64,000 nucleotides of DNA from Zygnema circumcarinatum SAG 698-1b. Lineage: Eukaryota; Plantae; Zygnematophyceae. Below, piece after piece: positions 29,231 to 61,600 of this stretch. A program made the position numbers and the translations under genes. A model generated the notes under the pieces. The model searched no databases. It was not told the origin of the DNA and saw nothing but the letters and a program-made list of their open reading frames with translations. Position 1 is the stretch's first letter; each line of letters starts with the position of its first letter. Location: contig CM074820.1 of the NCBI GenBank assembly GCA_037447605.1, positions 496,001 through 560,000 of the forward strand, read 5' to 3'.

Positions 29231-30034
29231 AAAGAAACCAAGATCATTTTTTTTTTAAGTGAAAAAAAAAATTCATAGCTGTTACAATACGTGTAAAGGA
29301 CATTGCCCAGTGTTCATATCTTTTTCAATCCCAAGGACAAAAAAACCCAAAACCAAAAAACTGAAATTGTGATCCCTTATCTTTTCGTTTCATTGTCCTT
29401 TGAATATTCAATTTTTGCATTATGCAATTGTGAAATGCTCTGTGAACATCCAGTGCCATTCCTCAGAAAGTTGTGATTTTTTTTTTTTCTACCAGTCAAA
29501 ACTTACCATAGGCAAGCCGATTTCTTTGGGCGGCCTTGTGCCTTTTTTGCAATGAAAGGAATTCGAATCAATCAGGAAAAGGAAAGAGGGTGAGCAGGAG
29601 TTGACCATGAAAGTGACAAATGAAAAAAGACAATAGCCACAAGAAAAAAAGCTTTTTTTGGGCGCATTAATCGAAGAGGTTTGTCAAAAGTAACACTAAC
29701 TTCCCCGTACTTCCAATTGTGTGTTTCAACTTTAGTTCCTCATAACGAAGTCGAACTTAGAATCCCTCCTGTTTGTGCCCTCCCAACCTCACTTCAAAGC
29801 AGTGCGAATTTCAATTTCGCCTTTCACGATTCAAGCCCCCCAACCCTAATTGCGGGGCCATAAGCATGGAATGCTTTTTGGCTATTGTTTTTTATTTGCA
29901 TTGTTTCCATTTCCATGTTTTCAGTGAGGCGTTGTGCGCGCGTGCTCAGAACGCGGGAAAGCGTGAAACAAGGCACAGCGAACAAGTTGAAGTTTGGCCA
30001 CTCCAAATTCAAATCGATGATGGCAAAAAGTGGT

Positions 30035-30133
30035 GGGTGCGACACCGGGACTTCCCGGGAGGTCACCCATCCCAGTACTATTCCGGCCCACAGGCGCTTA
30101 GCTGCGGAGTTCTGATGGGATCCGGCGTAGTAG
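30035..30133 (-). pseudogene. 5'-truncated 5S rRNA gene copy
   Basis: The minus strand reads CTACTACGCCGGATCCCATCAGAACTCCGCAGCTAAGCGCCTGTGGGCCGGAATAGTACTGGGATGGGTGACCTCCCGGGAAGTCCCGGTGTCGCACCC, followed by ACCACTTTTT (Pol III terminator). The first ~19 nt of 5S are replaced by an AT-rich run. Confidence 0.9.
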
Positions 30134-30167
30134 TAATAATTAATAAATAATAATATAATGTGTATAA

Positions 30168-30293
30168 AAGCTATTTAGACACCTTTTCTGGCTAGATACA
30201 CTTTAAAAACCACCAAACCCTAAAAACCCTATATAAAATCTGACCGGCGAAAAAAGGTGTGTATCTAGCCAAAAAAAGTGTGTAAATAGACCT
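30168..30293. mobile_element. Tourist/PIF-Harbinger-like MITE, copy 2
   Basis: Ends GTGTGTAAATAGACCT|TAA. It has internal inverted ACACCTTTT...AAAAGGTGT and TAGATAC/GTATCTA motifs and is homologous to 22525-22640. Confidence 0.6.
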
Positions 30294-30653
30294 TAAGTAT
30301 ACATGATCATAGTAAATTTTGATAGCTGCAGCGTGTGCGTGGGTCGGCCTCGAGCCGAATATATTATTATGTTTTGCATTTGTTGATGTGAATTGCTGCG
30401 CCTAGTAGAGAAGCAATTGGCATCATCATTGGTCGTACGGACAGCGAGGCCATCGAGAGTACATGGACAAAGCCAACATGGGAAACCACTAGGAACCAAC
30501 CGCTCGCAAATGACATGTTTCTAGGCCCAACAACAACTTGGCTCTAACTCACATATACCAATGAAAATGTACAGAAATATACTTAAGAAAAAAAAAGGGT
30601 TTTTTTCACAAATTCCAACTGAGGCTTGGGATCAGCTAATTAACAAAACCTAA

Positions 30654-33073
30654 CTAATCACGCAGGGGCCTGAAATTGCGGTACGACACAACTGCATAGA
30701 ACGGGTCTTCTGCTGCCCGTTGAAACAATTTCCCAAAATTCGAAAAAAACTTGAAGATTGATTGAATTGGATTGGGTCCACCTTTGGAAATACTTTCTCC
30801 TCTGGAAGGGAAAACTTCCTTCACTATTTCCGGCTCTGTGAACCCCCTCACGCACTGGAAGTACTGCCGTACAAGCTGGATACGGCCATAGCCACTCGTG
30901 TCGCGCCACGCGGCAACAGCCTATTGGCAGAAAAAAGAACATCACGAGCTGAACTCCCATTTGTGTGTTTCCTTAAGTTTTGGGTTTCAGGGTTTAACCA
31001 AAAAGGGTTTTAAAAACCCTAAAATTAAGAAACCTATGAGCCAATGGGAACGCGCTACATCAGCAGCAGATTCTGTAATGTTCAGAATTGTGCACGTGGC
31101 GAGCATCCATTGGACAAAACTCTCTACTGAACTGTGAAAATGAACAGAATTTGATGGAAAAAACAATTTAATGAATGCTTGGAAAACTTGTTGAAATGAA
31201 ATTGAGACTGTTTTCAGCAGAGCATGATGAGAAGAGCATGATGGGGAGCACATTTTAGGGTTTAGGCTCATTTTAGGGTTCGCCAGCACCTTGTCATAGA
31301 ACATGCGATTGCTGAAGCTGATGATGCAGACGCCGCCCGGTCGCAAAATTCGGTAAATTTCAGCAAACACCTTCTCGGGCTGCTCCAAATATTGCACACT
31401 CACTGTGCAGATAACGGCATCGAAGCTCTGATCCTTGAAGGCGAATTTCTGATCTGCTCAAGGGCATGTATCAGAGGCAATGTTGGAGAGAATAGAAGAG
31501 GATCAGCAGCACAGCAAGCAGTACATGTATCCATGATGAGAATGTAAAAATAAGAGTAAGGAAAAAATGAATCATCTTCGAATTCAAAACCTTCTTCCTT
31601 CAATGCCACATCCTTTATCTTTCTTCCCTCTCTTGCCATACCTTCTCTCAGATTCAAGAGAAGATTCAAAACAAAAGCATTCAAGCAAACTGAGGAGAGG
31701 AGCAAGAGAGATGATTGAACCTTATTCAAAAAAAACTTGTACTGATCAGCTTTCCATGGCAGCAAATCATTTGATTATGGGCTTTCAGGTTTATTGGTCC
31801 AATTGCGGATTCCGAAATTGTTTGCTACGGAATTCTGAGGATTAAAAATCTGTAGCAAGCAAATTCAAATTCCAGAACGGGGAGCTAATAAGTCGGAAAA
31901 CCCCCTCACTATCAATAAAGCATATACGAACTTCAAAAGAAGTAATGTTCAACGTTTTTTGAATCCCACGACTTAGTGCTGTTTAAATAATGTTATGTAT
32001 GTAAATTAATCTTATGTATGTATGTGATGTTATGTATGTAAATGTGACCTTCTTTGCTGCAAAAAAAAGCATTGTTCCGCCGGTTACCACAAACGCACCT
32101 TCGTTCAGATTTTTGATAAAAAACTCGTCAAGTCGCGGGTTCCTTTTGAGCTCCGCCGCGTTCATTCCATGGCCGACCACAAGCTCGTACCGCACTTCCT
32201 CCGGCAAATGGCTCACCCACGAACTCATCAAATCCAGCACTCGCCCGTTGGCCGGCACTCGCTCGCGGTACAAATTTGTCAAAGTTTGAAGGAACTTGTC
32301 ATCCACATGCTTCACCTGAGAGAGGGAGAGGGAGAGGGAGAGGGAGAGGGAGAGGGAGAGGGAGAGGGAGAGGGAGAGGGAGAGGCAAGGCCTTTATAGA
32401 CATCATTAGTCAGTAGTCACCTTAAAATCAATTGAAATTATATCTATCTGCAGCTGCCACCTCTGTCCAATATCTCACATACTGTAACGTGGTTTCGTTT
32501 AATTAAAGAATGATTATTACTATTATTTTTTGTATTCTTTTGATTGATATCCTACCTATAACAATTTTTGCTGCTTTTCGTCTCTGACTCAAACGGAGAA
32601 ACAGCTTTAAGGAAAAGAAGGAAAGAAAGAAACCAAGGAAAGGAAAGGATGAAATGAAAGAGTAATTTTCAACTCACAAGTCGCGGGAAAGAATAGAATT
32701 CTTGGTCAGATCTGTAGTCGATCTTGGCTCTCCCTCGGCTCTCCAGAACCTCCCTCACAATAGTTCCTCCTCTCTCTCCCTCTCTCTCTCCCTCTCCCAT
32801 TCCTGAGGCACTGGCTCTCACAGTCGGATGAAAAATATCCCCTTCACTTTGTTTACATCTACTTTTTCCAAACCTATTTCTTGGAAAGAAAAAAACTATT
32901 CTATTAGTAGCATCATCATCAAACGCTGCTCGTCTTGTCGATAATTTCACGCCAACTTTTGAATAAAAAGTGGTCTGTCGAGAGCAGGAAATCCCGAAAC
33001 CTTCTTGAAGTAAGAAGATTGAATTTGAAAGAGCGGAAGAAGTTGCAAAGTGAGCTGTTGGAGCGGCCATCAT
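30654..33073 (-). CDS. S-adenosyl-L-methionine-dependent methyltransferase (type 11-like), plastid-targeted
   Basis: Exons encode DQEFYSFPRL|VKHVDDKFLQTLTNLYRERVPANGRVLDLMSSWVSHLPEE...GHGMNAAELKRNPRLD|FDAVICTVSVQYLEQPEKVFAEIYRILRPGGVCIISFSNRMFYDK|AVAAWRDTSGYGRIQLVRQYFQCV...DPFYAVVSYRNFRP. This is a conserved plant/cyanobacterial family. Confidence 0.92.
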
Positions 33074-33671
33074 CTTTTTTTATTTTTTTATATGTTATGT
33101 ATATGATTATATCATGAGAGAAGCTCACAAGCAAGAGAAAAGGCAAGCGAAGAAAGACCAGAGAACGAAGAATTGAACCTCTACAAACGCAGCGGAGCAA
33201 AGTACTTATTTCACGTTCATGTCAATATTGTGCCTGCACATGAATCCATTTTTTAAAATCAGTACATCTCCACCATCGGGTACATTTTGGTTGCTACAAT
33301 CTGACTGCTTGAAGAGCGCGTTAGGTATTCATTTCATGTTAGTGTGAAGAGAGCACTTGTTTCAGAATCCATTTCAGAGAATCGGTACCTTCCAAACTTT
33401 ATTTGGCCTCTTCAGGTCACTTCAGCAGCGTCTCTTTCACTGCACACTGCCACCTCTAGAGATAAAAAAGTTCCAATTTTGAATTCCGAATACAGTAACA
33501 GGAGGTCTCTCTCACTCTCTCTCTCTCTCTAAAACACAAATACAAGCTCATCGTATTCAACAAGCCTTCAATAGCTCGCTGCTTTGGAGGAAATGTAGGC
33601 AAGGAAGGAGTAGTCTCCAATACTAAGTTTTCAGTTTCTGTTTTTCTCCAATCGTCTTGACAGACTCAGCC

Positions 33672-35364
33672 ATGGCTGCCTCAATCCCACTCTTGATTTC
33701 ATCTCCTCAATTTCTCCGTTTCAAATCAGATTGCGCCTCCATTTCCCCTTTGTCTGCAGAGAAATTTCTTACCTTGAAAGCCTCAAGATATGCAAAATAT
33801 TCGAAAATATACGAAATCAGGACATCGGTGTCTTGCTCCGTTTCCTTTCCTTCCTCATCACCTCCTGAAAGAAGCGTGCAAAGCAGCCCGTATTTGTCGA
33901 AAAAAAGCTTTTCTGCTGACCTTATTAGTCCGAAGTCCAGAAAAAGAAAGTCTATTTCAGGAAATTTTAAAGGAAAATTGGACTATATGCAGTGCAGGCA
34001 CAGGCCCAGGGACGGCTCAAGTTTGGTGTTTGGCTGGTTCGGCGGAGGAGATAAGGAGACGCAGAAGGCTGAAGAGGAGGAGGAGGGCAAAGATGCAGAA
34101 AAGGAGGAGGAGCAAAGGAAGAAAAAAATTTCAAAGTTAGTGTTGAGTTTGATGGTTGACACAGTCGGGTAAGAACCGTGAACCCATCCTCAACATTTTG
34201 AGAGGGAGAGGGAGAGGGAGAGGGAGTGGGAGAGGGAGAGGGAGAGGAGAGGGAGGCAGAGGGAGAGGGAGAGGGAGAGGGAGTGGGAGAGGGAGAGGGA
34301 GAGGGAGAGGGAGAGGCAGAGGAGGAGAGGGAGAGGGAGTGGGAGAGGGAGAGAGTAGTGGAAGTGCAGGCCTGGGCTCACTTTCACCTGCATGAATGGT
34401 TGAGGAGAGAGACTATTCAACAGAAAATGTGAAGAGGTTTTTTCTTTCTTCTGCATGCAACATTGCTCTGTAGTTTGTCTAAAAAATGGCCATCTTTGCG
34501 ATCATTTTTTTATCCATGATGCAGATGTATGTAAATTCTTCAAGGCAGTTTTTTTCACTTCTTCTGGCGATGCTTTGAAAGTAGTCCCTTTTCTTTTGTT
34601 CTTTATCCTCTACCTCAAACACAGATACTTGCATCGCATTACAATATTGAAAGTCGAAGTTCGAAAGATACCTGTCTTTCTTTTTTGGACACATAATAAT
34701 GTTCACTCATGATAGTCATGTTTTGTTTCTTGCAGGCTTCTCGTAGATAAGGATTTTTTGGAGTTCGATTTTGCGTGGTCTGGTCTGGCTGCTTTTCTCA
34801 TCCAGGTGATGGGTGTCACCATTTTCTGGTTCAAAAAAATAAAATCTTCAACTGGCTGTTAAAAAGTTTTTTCTCAATTAACGAGGCATAGTTTCTTTAT
34901 CTCCTCTTGCATGGTTAATTTCTTAACATCTTAACGTTTATGCGTATGTCATTTGCTTTAACTGCAGAGGATGTATCGTGCTCCGCTGCTCACAAGCGTG
35001 GGATTGTTGGAGCAAACAATTCCAACAGTGAAGTATCTTCCTACCGCAACCATCGGTATGTCTTTGAGCACTCTCTTTACATTTCTTTTTGAAGTAAAAA
35101 AATCTCTACTTTCCTTCGTTTGGTCAGACCTCGTGATCAAACTTGTGCAGTGCTTTCTGCTTTCCCAACTGAATCCCGCCATCGTGTACAATTTGCATTA
35201 TCCGTGTCCACAAATGGTATTTTGCGGCTCTCACTCCCTCTCTCCCTGCAGGTTGGGCGATAGAAAGTGTACCGCAGTTGGAATGGATTACTCGTCTTCC
35301 ATTCATGGGAGGCCTTGCAAAGGCGGCAACGCAAAAGAAGCCGTGGTGGCCCTTTGGAAAGTAG
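33672..35364 (+). CDS. Small membrane protein of unknown function with a long Ser-rich transit peptide
   Basis: Phase-consistent exons ~33672-34168, 34737-34806, 34967-35055 and 35251-35364. They give ...KLVLSLMVDTVGLLVDKDFLEFDFAWSGLAAFLIQRMYRAPLLTSVGLLEQTIPTVKYLPTATIGWAIESVPQLEWITRLPFMGGLAKAATQKKPWWPFGK*. Confidence 0.65.
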
Positions 35365-36251
35365 GAAAAAAAGTTTTGCCCATAGAATTTTACCTGCGTT
35401 TGAAGGCCTTGGAATTAAAAAACAACTTGTAAAGCGAGAAATATGGTACCTTTAGCAAAGGAGAGATTGAGAGAGGTGACTTTGACCAAGTGCCGCATTC
35501 CACCTTTTCCTCCTGTAATTTAACCTGGCGCTAAGTCCCAAAGCATCACTCTTGAGTTCATCAAGTAGTTTCATTTTCTTGTTTCTTGGTTATTTGTATT
35601 ATCTTTGTTCCTTTTCTTCGCGTCTATATATTGGTACATTTAAGGGCGGTGGTTGCAAAGCAATGGTTCCCTACAATGTAAGAAAAAAAAGGCCAAATTT
35701 GGGCTATTTGGGCAAGGACAAGGACAGGGGAGGTACAGGGGTAAGAGGAGATGACAAGTTGGAGAGTTGGGGAGTGGGGATTGGGTTAGGGAACGGAAGA
35801 GGGAAAGGAAAAGGAAGAGGGATTGGGATGGGGAGAGGGAGAGATACTCCAACTCGCTTCATTTGGGTCTTCCGCTCCAACATTCGCTCTTGTTCTCTCC
35901 CACTTCTACTCCCTCTCCCTCTCCCTCTCCTACTCCCAGTCCAGAAAAAAACTGAACTGACGAAAGGACTGAAATTGCGACTGGAACTCCTGGGAAGCTG
36001 GTCTCTCTTATTCTTTCCCTCCCTTAAGTGCTACCCCTTGTAGTCCTTTTACAAAAAAGGTTGGCAGTATTGCATTGCGGATTTTTTATTTCTGCCCGAA
36101 GTAAATTTCTGTCCAGGGAAATGTAAGCTATCGTTCTTGGAGAGCTTTTGAAATTTTTAGGGTAGGGTTCACCCTAAGCCCTAAAGCCCTGAATCCTAAT
36201 CCCTAAAAACCCAAAAATCCCTACAGTCCTAAAACTTTACACAGCTTCGCG

Positions 36252-58126
<21,875 letters not shown>

Positions 58127-58461
58127 ATCTGCTGCTTCTTTGCAAGAATTTATCCGACCAAGATTCTAATTACTTTCAGATGTTTGACGAAAGAACCAAA
58201 TCTGATGGAGATAGACAGTACAAGTAATCAAAATGGATTCAGGCTGAGCTATTATTTATTTATTTATTCTATTTTGGCGGTGTTGAAAGTAGCGGGCTTC
58301 GAGGTCTGGCAGCCATGGACATGGCTTCCATGAAGGTCTCAGACTTGGCTCCTGCAAAGAAGCCTCGTCAGTTGGCAGAAACGAAGAACTCGCACAAGAG
58401 TACTATTCGTACGTACAAAGTTGTACTTCCTCTACAAGTCAACAGTCCTCANNNNNNNNNN

Positions 58462-58511
<50 letters not shown>

Positions 58512-60708
58512 GGTAAAATAACAAAGATATAGTTTCTGAAGAATGAACAGAGCAAAGAAAGAAGAGGTCACCTTCCGGGTCTCTCTCCTCCGCTGCTGTT
58601 CTCTCGGATCTGCCCACACCTGCCACGTCAGCATGGAAAAGACTTTCAGTGTTTTTTCAAAGGGAGGTTCAAGGGTCGAATGGATCGGAAATCAAGTGAT
58701 GCAACTTGAAAAAAAAATTAGGCAAAATCTCTTTAAGCTCGTTCAGAATCTCTCTTCAAGCTCATTATCTTGAATCCTGAATCTTGATCTTGATCTTGAT
58801 CTTGATCTTGATCTTCAACTTGAATCTTCACCTCGATCTTGGACCACTTTTTTTTGCGAAGCATCATCTCCTCTTACCTCCCAGTCATCCTCGACATGCT
58901 CCTCATCCTCCACTCCCTCTCCCTCCTGCCACTCCCACTCTCTCCATATAAAGGTCAACCATCTCTGATGCTACCCAAACACGGAAAACTGAAACATTTT
59001 TCCATTTAAAAAAAGAAAAACCCGAAGGGAGAAGTAGTTGCATGCATATGCATACCCCTCATATTTTTCATTCTCTTTTCTAGCCGTGGTCTTTGCTTAA
59101 CCAGATCAACTCATTCATAAAGTTGCTGAAATGGGCCTCTCTCACCTTCTCTCCCTCCTCCTCTCCCTCCTCCTCCTGCTCCATATATCTCCGAATCCAT
59201 GCAGCTTGCTTTGCCTTTGCTGCAGCTTCTGCCTCCGCTTCCGCATTCGCTTTTGCTTTCTGTACTAACTTGGCTCTCACATCTTCTCCCTCTCTCTCTC
59301 CCACACCCTCTCCCAATCCCTCTCTCTCGTCTCCTTCAGGGGATCCTCTGCCTTCACATGAGGGAGAAGGAGGGGGAAGCCGGTCCGGTCGAGCCGTCAG
59401 AATAACCCCAATTGAATTATCTGGGTAGCAAAGATAAAAGAACAGTCGATGAAAACAGTAATTAATAACTACTTCAAAATCTCAAACTTTGTTCATAAGA
59501 ACCGTTCTGGTGGTTCTTTGACGGTGAGGGAGAGAGAGGGGGAAAGAGAGAGAGAGAGAGAGAGAGTGGAGGAAAGAGAGAGAGGGGGAGAGAAGAGAGA
59601 GAACTCGCGATGATACAACAGCTGCTATAAGACAAAAAGAAAGCTGCTCCAATCCGATCGACCAATCGAATAATTGCAAATAATTTAATAGAACCAAAGT
59701 GAATTCTTTGGTAGTGGGATTTCATAATCTATGGGTTCCATAAAAACCTTTCTAAATACGAAACACAACATAACAAAGGAAAAAAAAAAAATGTATGCGA
59801 ACCTTCGTTCATATCTGTGCTTATTCCCGCGGAAAATTTTCTCGGAAGTTCGTCGGCCGAGAGATGGAGGCAGAGCCAATCCAAAGCAGCTTCTAAAGTT
59901 CCGTCGCCCTTCAACATGTCCGTACAGTAAATCCGTACAATAGTACAACAAAGGCGTTCATAGAAATGAGAATTTGTGCAAAAATATTACAAAGGAAATT
60001 TAATTAATTATAACTAACCAATTAACTAATCTGAGAGGGAGAGGGAGAGAGCGAGAAAGAGAGGAGAGAGGGGGAGAGNNNNNNNNNNTCCTCCCGCACG
60101 TGTGGAAGCATCTCCCGCACGTGCGGGCCCTGCAACCGGCCTCTGTCCGCCTCTCCCGGAAGAAGCAGTTGAAGCATTGGCACCCTTTGCAGGATTGGCC
60201 ACATTTGAACTCTTTTTCTTCGCCATATCTGCTGCTTCTTTGCAAGAATTTATCCGACCAAGATTCTAATTACTTTCAGATGTTTGACGAAAGAACCAAA
60301 TCTGATGGAGATAGACAGTACAAGTAATCAAAATGGATTCAGGCTGAGCTATTATTTATTTATTTATTCTATTTTGGCGGTGTTGAAAGTAGCGGGCTTC
60401 GAGGTCTGGCAGCCATGGACATGGCTTCCATGAAGGTCTCAGACTTGGCTCCTGCAAAGAAGCCTCGTCAGTTGGCAGAAACGAAGAACTCGCACAAGAG
60501 TACTATTCGTACGTACAAAGTTGTACTTCCTCTACAAGTCAACAGTCCTCATATTTACCGCCCTGAGGAGTGCGTCCCCAAGAAATTCGCCCCGATTTTG
60601 CCGAAACCACCTTTTTATACGGTAACTTTGTGCTAGCCGTACTGTCCATACTGTCCGTACTAGCCGTACTAGCCGTTACGGGCTTACGCAAAAGTTTCAC
60701 AGTTCGGA

Positions 60709-61600
60709 CCAGTGGATCGGCAACCATTGGACAACCATTGGATGGCAATGGTTGGACGCCTACTGGTTGGCAACCAGTCGACTGGTTGCCAACCAGTGGT
60801 CTACTGGTTGGCAACCCGGTCAGATAGTTGTTTCGGTCGCAACCACTGGTTGGCAACCAGTCGAATGGTTGCCTACCAGTGGATCCACTGGTGGCAACCA
60901 GTCGACTGGTTGGAACGATGGATGCCACTGGTTGGCAACCAGTCGAATGGTTGTTCGATCACTGTGCCCGGTTGGCAGCGGTCGAATGGTTGTTTGATCC
61001 GGCAGCGGTTGGCAACCAGTCGAATGGTTATATCCATTAAATCAAATGGTTGGCAACCATTAAATCACTGTAGTTGTAGCGGCGAGCGCTCACAGTTACC
61101 AAATAAATGCGGCGTTGGAGAAAACACTATTACGGTTCGGTGCGATGCGGTATCAAATACTGATCATACGACTCGGCTGTACGGATTCGTACGCATCTGT
61201 ACGGATCAGGCTTGTTACACTAGTTGTCAACGGTTGGCAACCCACCAAAAAACACATACGACCCATTTTTGCAAAAAGGCATAATTTCAGAAATTCAATG
61301 GTTGCCCGACCATTTGGATCAGCTGATTCGAACCCGGTCGAGAATGGTTGTTTAGGTCCTGCTGCGCTGGTTGCGTAACCCGGTCATTGGTTTCAGCTAG
61401 TGGATCCAGTTTGGCAGCGATCGGCTGATTCGTGGATGCCAGCGGTTGGCAACCGATTCGAATGGTTGTTTGATCTGGCGGCGGTTGGCAACCCGGTCGA
61501 ATAGCAGTTGTTTAGATCCGGCGGCAGCGGTTGGCAACCCGGTCGAATGGTTGCCAACCGGTGGCGATCAACTGATTCCAAACGGTCGAATAGTTGTTGA
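60709..61600. repeat. Array of short palindromic units (TGGTTGGCAACCA-GTCGA) with variable linkers
   Basis: More than a dozen GGTTG(G/C)CAACC-type units, including a perfect 36-bp palindrome at 60762-60797. Confidence 0.85.

Noticed and set aside
34368-34396. Candidate exon AWAHFHLHEW in the 33672 gene
   Set aside because: It is not phase-compatible with the strong GTAAG donor at 34169; direct splicing to 34737 keeps the frame.
60709-61600. Repeat-spacer appearance suggesting a CRISPR array
   Set aside because: Units overlap and vary, linkers are short, irregular and related to each other, the context is eukaryotic, and there are no cas genes.
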